Shown here: positions 40,073-47,924 of the stretch, piece after piece | Numbering within the stretch: position 1 is the first letter of the stretch | Layout: the number at the start of each line of letters is the position of its first letter | IMG/VR virus record: IMGVR_UViG_3300022746_000027 | Span: 1-52,467 of that record | Direction: 5' to 3' (one strand) | DNA from: a virus | Lineage: Duplodnaviria; Caudoviricetes | Length of the DNA stretch: 52,467 bases | Made by a program: the position numbers and the translations under genes | Notes under the pieces: model-generated | Database searches by the model: none | What the model was told of the DNA's origin: nothing | Seen by the model: only the letters and a program-made list of their open reading frames with translations

Positions 40073-40084
40073 AGCTGCGATTTC
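40058..40084 (+). other. Perfect 11-bp inverted repeat spanning the stop codon
   Basis: GAAATCGCAGC-ATAAA-GCTGCGATTTC; no U-tract. Confidence 0.75.
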
Positions 40085-40085
40085 G

Positions 40086-40144
40086 TAAGTTATTGATTCT
40101 ATTAGAGTTTTTTGTATTGAGTTTTCGTCGTATTCTAGTACAAT
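40086..40144 (+). promoter_or_regulatory. Early promoter 2 with upstream IHF-consensus box
   Basis: TAAGTTATTGATT 40086-98, TTGAGT 40117, N16, TACAAT. Confidence 0.75.
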
Positions 40145-40150
40145 GTTTAC

Positions 40151-40369
40151 ATGATGAACGAAGGACAGTATATGAATCTTCTACAGTTTACCGAGATTGC
40201 TCGGGCGGCTGTTCCGATGACGGAAACGGACCATGATATGTTCAATGGTGCGCCCGAGGGATCGCTGATAGCTTTCAGCGAAACTGCGGTCTATATCATC
40301 TCCGAGACTGAGGTTTCCATCATCACGGAAGATGATTGTGTTCGGTTCGAACTTTCTGAATTGATTTAA
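40151..40369 (+). CDS. Small acidic early hypothetical protein (alternative start 40172)
   Basis: First ORF after the promoter; AAGGA before ATG 40172. Confidence 0.55.
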   Translation: MMNEGQYMNLLQFTEIARAAVPMTETDHDMFNGAPEGSLIAFSETAVYIISETEVSIITEDDCVRFELSELI

Positions 40370-40376
40370 TTCGCAC

Positions 40377-40676
40377 ATGAAGAAAACACCTCGACGATTT
40401 ATGCTTCCAGTGGAAGTAATCCGCAATGAAACGGGATTCAAAATGATCCGTGGTTCAATTGTGGTTGTTGTGCGCGAATTGATTGATCGTAGAATGCCTC
40501 GGTATTATGGCCGCCATCCAAGTGGAATTTATAGTGTTTACTATAAAAACAAAAAGGTCGCGTCATATCGATGCGGCTTTGAATCAGAAGTCATCGAAGA
40601 TTTTCAACGTGGTGTGTTGGCGGGAGTTGATGTTCCCAGTGTAATGTTTCCTGATTTGTCTTTAAGATTTATTTAA
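40377..40676 (+). CDS. Early hypothetical protein
   Basis: Fills the gap in the operon. Confidence 0.5.
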   Translation: MKKTPRRFMLPVEVIRNETGFKMIRGSIVVVVRELIDRRMPRYYGRHPSGIYSVYYKNKKVASYRCGFESEVIEDFQRGVLAGVDVPSVMFPDLSLRFI

Positions 40677-40690
40677 TTGAGGTCTATATA

Positions 40691-41899
40691 ATGCGAAAGT
40701 CTAATTATGATGCTGCTGCGCGAGAGAAGGTCTTGGCTGATCTTCGGGCGTATTACAAGTCGGATACTGTTTCTCCGAAACAACTTCGTGAATACTCTGC
40801 GGAAAAGAATATCGATTATCCGTATTTCATCGATCGGGAACGCAAGATTGCCCGTGGCGTATGCTCCATCGCATCGAATGGAATTCCTGTGACTTCGGCT
40901 CCCAAGCCGAAGCTTCCGAAGCTTTGGAAGTCCCCTAAGTCGGTAGAGTCTACCGTCGAGGAATCGTCTTCGGTTGCTGCTAACGTTGTCCATATGTCCT
41001 CGAAGAGGATGCTAAACGTTACCGAGTCTTTCATTCCCGAGAAGAATAAGACTTATGTCCCGTTCGGGTTCTTCGGCGACTTGAAGAATATCATCAAGTC
41101 TGGGATTTTCTATCCCGTGTATATCACTGGTCTGTCTGGTAACGGCAAGACGTTTATGATTGAGCAGGTCTGCGCAGCCCTTGGGCGCGAGTTGATCCGT
41201 GTGAATATCACTAAGCGTACTGATGAAACTGACTTGATCGGTTCATATGAATTGATCGACGGTAATACCGTTCGACGTGAAGGTCCTGTCGTGACTGCTA
41301 TGCGTCGCGGCGCTGTGCTCCTTTTGGACGAGACTGACCTTGGCACGGAAGATCTTCTGTGTCTCCAGCCGATCCTCGAAGGCAAGCCGTACTTCGACAA
41401 AAAGACTGGCGAAGTCATCAATCCTGCGCAGGGTTTCAATGTCATTGCGACTGCTAACACTAAGGGTAAGGGATCGGACGATGGCCGATTCATCGGTACT
41501 AATGTACTGAATGAGGCGTTCCTCGAGCGATTCGCTATCACGGTCGAGCAGGAATATCCGCCTGTTGCAACTGAACGTAAGATTCTGGAAAGGAATTTTG
41601 CCGAGTATGGTTGCGATGATGCTAATTCGGCTACGTTCATCGATCGGCTTATCACTTGGGCTGATGTTATCCGTAAGACGTTTGCCGATGGAGCTATCGA
41701 TGAGATTATCTCCACTCGCCGTCTGGTGCATATCGCAAAGGCGTATAGCATCTTCGGGAATCGCATGAAGGCTATCGAACTGTGCTTGAATAGGTTCGAT
41801 ACTGAAACTAAAATTGCATTCTCGGATCTGTACACTAAGGTCGATGCTGATGCTGTCGCGCCCTCGCCCGAGGCTATGAATCTAGACAATCCGATCTAA
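40691..41899 (+). CDS. MoxR/CobS-like AAA+ ATPase
   Basis: GLSGNGKT, VLLLDE, ATANTKGKGSDDGRFIGTNVLNEAFLERF, ISTRRLVHI. Confidence 0.92.
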   Translation: MRKSNYDAAAREKVLADLRAYYKSDTVSPKQLREYSAEKNIDYPYFIDRERKIARGVCSIASNGIPVTSAPKPKLPKLWKSPKSVESTVEESSSVAANVVHMSSKRMLNVTESFIPEKNKTYVPFGFFGDLKNIIKSGIFYPVYITGLSGNGKTFMIEQVCAALGRELIRVNITKRTDETDLIGSYELIDGNTVRREGPVVTAMRRGAVLLLDETDLGTEDLLCLQPILEGKPYFDKKTGEVINPAQGFNVIATANTKGKGSDDGRFIGTNVLNEAFLERFAITVEQEYPPVATERKILERNFAEYGCDDANSATFIDRLITWADVIRKTFADGAIDEIISTRRLVHIAKAYSIFGNRMKAIELCLNRFDTETKIAFSDLYTKVDADAVAPSPEAMNLDNPI

Positions 41900-41905
41900 A
41901 ATGAT

Positions 41906-41934
41906 TTGACATACCACTAATATTGTGGTATAAT
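41906..41934 (+). promoter_or_regulatory. Consensus sigma70 promoter with an embedded palindrome
   Basis: TTGACA-N17-TATAAT with TGn; ATACCAC-N7-GTGGTAT at 41911-41931. Confidence 0.9.
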
Positions 41935-41938
41935 GAAT

Positions 41939-41990
41939 AGCATTGGAAGGGATGCCACACCCTTCCAATGCTGATTTGCAATTGTGGCGT
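41939..41990 (+). ncRNA. Predicted 5'-UTR hairpin/pseudoknot
   Basis: 13-bp perfect stem AGCATTGGAAGGG/CCCTTCCAATGCT; loop ATGCCACA complementary to downstream TGTGGCGT (one G-U pair). Confidence 0.6.
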
Positions 41991-42002
41991 TACTGTTGAG
42001 GT

Positions 42003-42293
42003 ATGAATATGTCAGCTACCGAATCTATGCTAAATTATCTGATGAAGGGAAATTCCGTGACTGCTCGCCAGGCACGAACTATGTTCAAGGTCGAACACAT
42101 TAGCACAATTGCTTATCGTCTCCGAAACGAGGGTGTTCCGATCTATACTAACCGCGAAACTAATTCGCGCGGCGAAAACGTTTTCGCCTATCGCATTGGC
42201 ACTCCGAATGCCAAGTATCTGAGTCACATGAAGTCGCGTCATCTTGGTCGCGCTCGAAAGACCCTTTACACTAAGGCTCTTTCTGCTGCCTAA
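42003..42293 (+). CDS. Small winged-HTH-like nucleic-acid-binding protein
   Basis: LNYLMKGNSVTARQARTMF....IAYRLRNEG..IYTN..YRIGTP pattern. Confidence 0.7.
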   Translation: MNMSATESMLNYLMKGNSVTARQARTMFKVEHISTIAYRLRNEGVPIYTNRETNSRGENVFAYRIGTPNAKYLSHMKSRHLGRARKTLYTKALSAA

Positions 42294-42315
42294 TCTCGTC
42301 CTGAGATAGGATACG

Positions 42316-42349
42316 GGGACTAGAATTGTTCTGATTCTAGTCCCTTTTT
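42316..42349 (+). terminator. Rho-independent terminator
   Basis: GGGACTAGAAT-N7-ATTCTAGTCCC followed by TTTTT. Confidence 0.88.
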
Positions 42350-42352
42350 CTT

Positions 42353-42381
42353 TTGCATTCTATCGTGGAATGCTATATACT
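42353..42381 (+). promoter_or_regulatory. sigma70 promoter for the glycosyltransferase cluster
   Basis: TTGCAT-N17-TATACT. Confidence 0.7.
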
Positions 42382-42412
42382 GTAACACAATACTATGATG
42401 ACTTGGTAATTT

Positions 42413-42994
42413 ATGGTAAAAGAAAGTGCAGCATATGACAACTATCTGGATGTTGAGAGCCGTCTCAATGATTCTTATAGACCAACCCTAGAGTCTATTC
42501 TAGGAGAAGTTATTGATACTCCAATTGTCGATAACACTAAAGCAAAGAAATCTAATGACCCGGATCTTTGGAAGAAGATCTATGTCCATTTCCGAACTAC
42601 GGAAGACATCGTGGACTTCTGCAAGCGTATTGGTCATGTTATAGATGCTAAGACCAAGGATATTTGGTTTCCTATGGCGTCTGGATCTGCGCTATTTGAT
42701 TCTACTCAAGATCCTATAGAATCCGTTGACGCTTCGCTAGTAGAGCCGAAGTCTGTTATTGAAGTTGCAGATAAAAGAAATGATGATTGGAAGAAGCATT
42801 GGGTAGGAATGCCCGAGTATGTGCAGGAGAATAATCCTGCACATAAATCCATAACTGTAAAGTTTAGATCACAGACAGATTATGATACGTTCAGTCAACG
42901 TATCGGTCAAGAATTGTCAGATAAGACTAATGCCATTTGGCATCCTAAACTGACTCGTACACCTAATTTTCTATTGCGATGGATTGAGGAATGA
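42413..42994 (+). CDS. Hypothetical protein with a duplicated small domain, coupled to the glycosyltransferases
   Basis: K.I.V.FR...D...F..RIG......T..IW.P occurs twice. Confidence 0.65.
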   Translation: MVKESAAYDNYLDVESRLNDSYRPTLESILGEVIDTPIVDNTKAKKSNDPDLWKKIYVHFRTTEDIVDFCKRIGHVIDAKTKDIWFPMASGSALFDSTQDPIESVDASLVEPKSVIEVADKRNDDWKKHWVGMPEYVQENNPAHKSITVKFRSQTDYDTFSQRIGQELSDKTNAIWHPKLTRTPNFLLRWIEE

Positions 42995-43842
42995 TCGAAA
43001 AAATATTTATTCCCACCGTTAAGCGAAGCGACAATCAAATTACGTTTGAGAATCTGCCTACTGAACTCCAGTCTAAGGTAGTTATGGTAATAGATCCATC
43101 TGAGCGTAGTAAGTATTCATATCCATGTGAATATCTAGAATTACCCACCAACATCATTGGTAGTTGGACTCAGCTTGCCCAGACTAGAAAGTTTATTCAT
43201 CAGACCGCTGGTAATATCAAGTATGTTATGGCTGATGATGATTTGATTCTATACAAGAGAAACAGTAAGTATTGGTCTGATACTAGTGATATGGAAGCAT
43301 CTAAGCGAGTAGCTTCAAAGGATGAGATTCTCCGTCTATTTGAAACTGCATCTAAGTGGTTAGATAGTGAAACTATTGGAATAGTTGGACTATCTGATAA
43401 CAAAGTGCCTCCAGCAAATACGGAGTATTCTGATACAAAGGGTGTGTTCACATTTTTGTTCTTAGATGGCAAGAAGATATCTAAGATTGCAGATCAGCTA
43501 GAAACTTCTGTTCGTGTTGCAGAAGATCTACTGTTTCTGTTTGAGTGCTTGTCTGTTGGTATCGACACTAGAATGTCTAATGAGTTCCTATATATCAATA
43601 AGAGCGAATCTGCATCATTCGAATCTAGTAGACCAATTTGGGCAGATATGTTCAAAGACAAGCAACCAGATGATTACTTTCAAACAGATGAACACTATGA
43701 TGCGCTACGTTATATCCAACAGAAGTTTCCAACTGGTATAGAAATCTTCAAAGAAGATGGTAGAATGAAAAACATAAAGACTTGGAAAAAAGTATTAAAC
43801 TGTAAGAAGTCTGATTCTCTGGAGAATTTCTTTAATGACTAA
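42991..43842 (+). CDS. GT-A fold glycosyltransferase (TET/JBP-associated, GREB1-like family)
   Basis: IFIPTVKRSD, LAQTRKFI, VMADDDL, AEDLLFLFECL..G. Confidence 0.65.
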   Translation: MIEKIFIPTVKRSDNQITFENLPTELQSKVVMVIDPSERSKYSYPCEYLELPTNIIGSWTQLAQTRKFIHQTAGNIKYVMADDDLILYKRNSKYWSDTSDMEASKRVASKDEILRLFETASKWLDSETIGIVGLSDNKVPPANTEYSDTKGVFTFLFLDGKKISKIADQLETSVRVAEDLLFLFECLSVGIDTRMSNEFLYINKSESASFESSRPIWADMFKDKQPDDYFQTDEHYDALRYIQQKFPTGIEIFKEDGRMKNIKTWKKVLNCKKSDSLENFFND

Positions 43843-44773
43843 TCCACGTTATCCCGTATACATCGTATCCAAGGGTAGAGCAGACACGATGATTACATCG
43901 AAGTCTTTGTCTCGTATGGATGTTCCCCACTACATCATCATTGAACCACAGGACGAAGAGTCATACAAACAAGCGATTGTCAATTTCAGTCTGCGGAATG
44001 TTACGCTGCTGATAGCACCGTTCTCTAACCATGGGGATGGACCAGGTCGTGCTAGAAACTGGGCGTGGGATCACTCGATTAGTATTGGTGCAGATGCACA
44101 TTGGGTACTAGATGATAATATTTCAGACTTCTATCGACTCAATCGTAATGAGCGTATTCGTGTAGAGTCTGGTGTATTCTTCCGAGTAATGGAAGACTTC
44201 TTCGATAGATATGAGAATCTTTATATCGCTGGTCCTCAATATCGATTCTTCATCGCTCCAAATCAGAAGTATCCGCCATTTGTTACTAACACCAGAATCT
44301 ACTCAACCCTACTGATTCGCAATGATTGTAAGCATCGTTGGCGTGGTAGATACAATGAAGATACTGATATCTGCTTGCGTGTACTGAAAGATGGAGACTG
44401 CACGGTGCAATTCAATGCGTTCATGCAGGGCAAGTGTGCTACACAGACTGTGAAGGGTGGCAATACAGATGAATTCTATCATAAGGAATTTGTTGAAGAT
44501 CCAGAAGCAATAAAGAAACAGCGATATCATGCTGCTGGTACTATCAACAAGTCTCAGATGCTTGCTGATATGCACCCTGATGTTGCCACCGTTGTTTGGA
44601 AGTATGGTCGTTGGCACCATCATGTCGATTACACACAATTCAAAAAGAATAAACTGAAACTAAAAGATGGTGTGACACTACCTAAAAGTGGTGTCAATAA
44701 TTATGGAATGAAACTGGTAACACTTGTGTCAGAAGATCAAGTTACGCCTAATGGTATTGTACTAGGAGAATGA
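43835..44773 (+). CDS. GT-A fold glycosyltransferase (TET/JBP-associated, GREB1-like family)
   Basis: YPVYIVSKGRAD, GPGRARNWAWDH, HWVLDDNI, RYNEDTDICLRVL, KGGNT. Confidence 0.75.
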   Translation: MTNPRYPVYIVSKGRADTMITSKSLSRMDVPHYIIIEPQDEESYKQAIVNFSLRNVTLLIAPFSNHGDGPGRARNWAWDHSISIGADAHWVLDDNISDFYRLNRNERIRVESGVFFRVMEDFFDRYENLYIAGPQYRFFIAPNQKYPPFVTNTRIYSTLLIRNDCKHRWRGRYNEDTDICLRVLKDGDCTVQFNAFMQGKCATQTVKGGNTDEFYHKEFVEDPEAIKKQRYHAAGTINKSQMLADMHPDVATVVWKYGRWHHHVDYTQFKKNKLKLKDGVTLPKSGVNNYGMKLVTLVSEDQVTPNGIVLGE

Positions 44774-44776
44774 TAT

Positions 44777-45592
44777 ATGCAACTTGAAGTGTCCGTCGAA
44801 AAATTGAGAACTAAAAAGCTATTTGTGGCTACTCCAATGTATGGAGGGCAATGTCTTGGAATGTACACTAAATCGTGTCTTGATTTGCAGGCAATCTGTG
44901 CTAACTACGGCATCGAAGTCCGTTTCTCATTCATCTTCAATGAGTCTCTAATCACTCGCGCAAGAAACTATCTTGTCGATGAATACTTGCGTTCAGGATT
45001 TAGTCATCTACTGTTTATAGATGCCGATATCAACTTTGATCCTCGTGATGTCATTGCACTTCTGGCTATGGACAAGGACATCGTTGGTGGTCCTTATCCT
45101 AAGAAGTCGATCAAGTGGAGCTCCGTACTTGAAGCTGTGAAGAAAAAGCCAGACATCACAGCGGATGAACTTTCGAAGGTAACTGGCGATTTCGTATTCA
45201 ATCCAGTTCCTGGAACTGAGAAGTTCTCTGTTGGTGAGCCAATCTCTGTTCTCGAAATCGGCACTGGTTTTATGTTGGTAAAGCGAGAAGTCTTTGATAA
45301 GATGGCTGCAGCTTATCCCATGATTCACTATAAGCCAGATCATATTGGTCAGGCTAACTTCGATGGTAAGCGTTACATCCACGCATACTTCGATACAGTC
45401 ATTGATACTGCCGATAGTATTACTGGTGGTGGATCAGATCGATATTTGTCTGAGGACTATATGTTCTGTCAGATGTGGCGAAAGATTGGTGGAGAAATCT
45501 GGCTGTGTCCTTGGATGAGAACCATGCATGTTGGAACATATGCGTTCACAGGCGATCTGCCTATGATTGCTCAATTGGTTGGCAGTCTATGA
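44777..45592 (+). CDS. GT2-like glycosyltransferase
   Basis: FVATPMYGG, NESLITRARN, LLFIDADI, GTGFMLVKREVF, LSEDYMFC. Confidence 0.8.
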   Translation: MQLEVSVEKLRTKKLFVATPMYGGQCLGMYTKSCLDLQAICANYGIEVRFSFIFNESLITRARNYLVDEYLRSGFSHLLFIDADINFDPRDVIALLAMDKDIVGGPYPKKSIKWSSVLEAVKKKPDITADELSKVTGDFVFNPVPGTEKFSVGEPISVLEIGTGFMLVKREVFDKMAAAYPMIHYKPDHIGQANFDGKRYIHAYFDTVIDTADSITGGGSDRYLSEDYMFCQMWRKIGGEIWLCPWMRTMHVGTYAFTGDLPMIAQLVGSL

Positions 45593-46281
45593 TAATTGGA
45601 CTAGTGGGATTTATTGGAAGTGGAAAGGGATCTGTTGCCGACTTCCTTGTAGATAACCATGGGTATGACAAAGAGTCCTTCGCAAGTAGTGTGAAGGACG
45701 CAACTGCTGCTATATTTGGATGGGATCGTCGGATGCTTGAAGGAGATACTGTCCACTCTAGACGTTGGCGAGAAGAACCAGATTCGTGGTGGTCTGCTAA
45801 GATGGGTAAAGACTTTTCTCCCAGAATGGCATTACAGTTGATGGGAACCGAAGCTGGAAGAAATGTCTTCCATGAAGATATCTGGATCAATTCACTGGAA
45901 CGACGATTGCATCCGAATAGAAATGTTGTGATCGCTGACGTTAGATTCCCAAATGAAATTGCAATGATTCAACGGATGGGTGGTGCAATTGTTTGGGTTA
46001 GGAGAGGTAATCTCCCTGAGTGGTATCATACTGCATATGAGCAAAATACCACAGATCCTAATAATTATTGGCTATTGGAGGATGCTGGCGAACTGATGGA
46101 ACAGAAGCATCCTGGGATTCATTCCAGTGAATGGTCGTGGATTGGTCATCAATATGATATTAGTATGGACAACAATGGCACCATAGATGATCTACGCAGA
46201 AACGTTGACAACCTGGTAAAAAGTGTGTATAATATTCCTTTGAGTGTTGAGGGTAATGAGGTATACAATGAAACTATCTAA
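45589..46281 (+). CDS. gp1: Deoxynucleoside monophosphate kinase (T4 gp1-like)
   Basis: MIIGLVGFIGSGK, SPRMALQLMGTE, IADVRFPNE, HSSE. Confidence 0.9.
   Translation: MIIGLVGFIGSGKGSVADFLVDNHGYDKESFASSVKDATAAIFGWDRRMLEGDTVHSRRWREEPDSWWSAKMGKDFSPRMALQLMGTEAGRNVFHEDIWINSLERRLHPNRNVVIADVRFPNEIAMIQRMGGAIVWVRRGNLPEWYHTAYEQNTTDPNNYWLLEDAGELMEQKHPGIHSSEWSWIGHQYDISMDNNGTIDDLRRNVDNLVKSVYNIPLSVEGNEVYNETI
46205..46233 (+). promoter_or_regulatory. Consensus sigma70 promoter for gp45
   Basis: TTGACA-N17-TATAAT within the 3' end of the kinase gene. Confidence 0.85.
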
Positions 46282-46933
46282 TGAGACTATTGAAATTTTG
46301 AAAAACTACTCTGCTATCAACCAGAGTATTCAAGTGAAGGCTGGATCAACTATCAGTACGATTTCAGCCCTAAAGACTGTTCTAGCTAATGCAACTGTAG
46401 CTGAGACTTTTCCTAGGGACTTTGCGATCTACGATCTAAACAAGCTTCTAGCTAAGATCTCTCTCTACAAGGACTGTGATCTTGAATTCGAATCCGATCG
46501 TGTAGTAATCTCTACTGCGCATGGAAGTTCTCATATCAAGTATTGCTCGCCCAGCGTGATCGTAACTCCTCCAAATAAGACTCTTAGCATTGGAGTTGCA
46601 GACTATTCATTCAGTCTTCCTGAGAATGTTCTGGAACTTCGACGCAAGGACGCTGGTCTTTCGAGTTCGCCTAACTTTGTTTTCCGTGGGGACGGAAAGA
46701 CAGTCCTCTTCGTATCGACTGATGTGAAGGACGATTCTGCTGACGTTGGATACTCTGCTATTGGTAAGACTGATGCTACTTTCGAGATTGTGATGAAGGT
46801 TGAAAACTTCAAGATGATCGATGGCTCATACAACGTTGAAATTTCGAAGAAGGGTCTTTCGAAGTTTACGCACTCTGATGGTAAGGTCGAATACTTTATC
46901 GCAATCGAAGCTGCTCAGTCTAAGTTTGGTTAA
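46268..46933 (+). CDS. gp45: Sliding clamp gp45
   Basis: MKLSNETIEILKNYSAINQSI, FAIYDLNKLL, YFIAIE. Confidence 0.93.
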   Translation: MKLSNETIEILKNYSAINQSIQVKAGSTISTISALKTVLANATVAETFPRDFAIYDLNKLLAKISLYKDCDLEFESDRVVISTAHGSSHIKYCSPSVIVTPPNKTLSIGVADYSFSLPENVLELRRKDAGLSSSPNFVFRGDGKTVLFVSTDVKDDSADVGYSAIGKTDATFEIVMKVENFKMIDGSYNVEISKKGLSKFTHSDGKVEYFIAIEAAQSKFG

Positions 46934-46945
46934 TAGAGGTACATT

Positions 46946-47209
46946 ATGAAGCTAACTGAAACACAGAAGAAAGACATCAAGAACTGCCTGACTGAGATCA
47001 GCAATTCATATACCCGTATCGAGGCTGAACGTGACCTAATCAAGGATGTTCTAAATCGTATGCAGGATGAGTTTGAGATGAATAAGAAGCTTTCGCGTAA
47101 GCTTGCGCGTGTATTCCATAAGCGCAATATTGCCGAAGAAATCGCAGCGAATGAAGAACTGACTGAAACTTACGACCAGATCGTTCCTAACACAGAAGGT
47201 CGCGGCTAA
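46946..47209 (+). CDS. DsbA-like dsDNA-binding protein
   Basis: EISNSYTRIEAERDLIKD...KLARVFHK.N..EE pattern. Confidence 0.65.
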   Translation: MKLTETQKKDIKNCLTEISNSYTRIEAERDLIKDVLNRMQDEFEMNKKLSRKLARVFHKRNIAEEIAANEELTETYDQIVPNTEGRG

Positions 47210-47223
47210 GCTATATACTATTA

Positions 47224-47287
47224 GGGACGCCCTTTGGGGCGAGCAATCCGCCAGACTGCCCTCGCGGGAATTCACCCTCCCCGTCCC
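47224..47287 (+). ncRNA. GC-rich predicted multi-stem RNA element
   Basis: GGGACG/CGTCCC closing stem, GGCGA-GCAA-TCCGCC GNRA hairpin, GGG-AATTCA-CCC. Confidence 0.45.
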
Positions 47288-47308
47288 ACATATATTATGA
47301 GGTTCTAT

Positions 47309-47875
47309 ATGAACTATGATCTGTTTGGTGAAGCTATACAGTTGGATGCTAGATTTGATATGATTACGGATATCGTAGACTCAAATTTCAAAAACAACAT
47401 CACATCTGTAAGTGGAATGACTGTAGACAATAAGCTTCAACTCTTAAAAGAAGCTGGCGTGTTGCGGCAGTCTGGTTGGTATCAGATCATTCGATATGAT
47501 ACTCTGGGTGAAGTTGATTACATCTATACAGGATCTTCTATCTCAAACACCCTGAATAGGATGCATAGATTCTTTAGAGCAGTTTTCGAAGAGTATTCAA
47601 ACGGTGATCCACCATATCGATTCTCGGATAAGTATCGTAACTTGTATGGCAAAAACATACAGAATACTTTCATATCATTTTTCTTTCCAGATAGTGCAAT
47701 CTTAGGATCGATTGATGAGTCTACGATAAGACTGGTAGAACGAGAACTTATTAGACGATCTAAAACGAAATACGGCAGCGCAGTTGCCAATATCGATGAT
47801 AAGCCAAAAAAAGCTGCTTTATCGGAATCTAAAGTGAGGTCTAGGCGCCAAGGATATACGCCGCTTCCTATTTGA
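47309..47875 (+). CDS. Divergent GIY-YIG-like endonuclease
   Basis: SGWYQI-x-YIYTGSS-x-NR..F-x-VERELI-x-N order; GAGG RBS before ATG 47309. Confidence 0.5.
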   Translation: MNYDLFGEAIQLDARFDMITDIVDSNFKNNITSVSGMTVDNKLQLLKEAGVLRQSGWYQIIRYDTLGEVDYIYTGSSISNTLNRMHRFFRAVFEEYSNGDPPYRFSDKYRNLYGKNIQNTFISFFFPDSAILGSIDESTIRLVERELIRRSKTKYGSAVANIDDKPKKAALSESKVRSRRQGYTPLPI

Positions 47876-47924
47876 TAAATGAACCAGCTGGTTGGATCCC
47901 AGGTTTAGTGAGAAGGAATAAATT

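Noticed and set aside
41110-41889. 259-aa minus-strand ORF (also 38429..39040 and 50745..51302)
   Set aside because: Fully overlap well-supported plus-strand genes in GC-richer regions; no recognisable motifs
45475-47308. Longer ORF-track starts for the kinase (45475), gp45 (46244) and the GIY-YIG-like gene (47234)
   Set aside because: Family N-termini and RBS positions support 45589, 46268 and 47309
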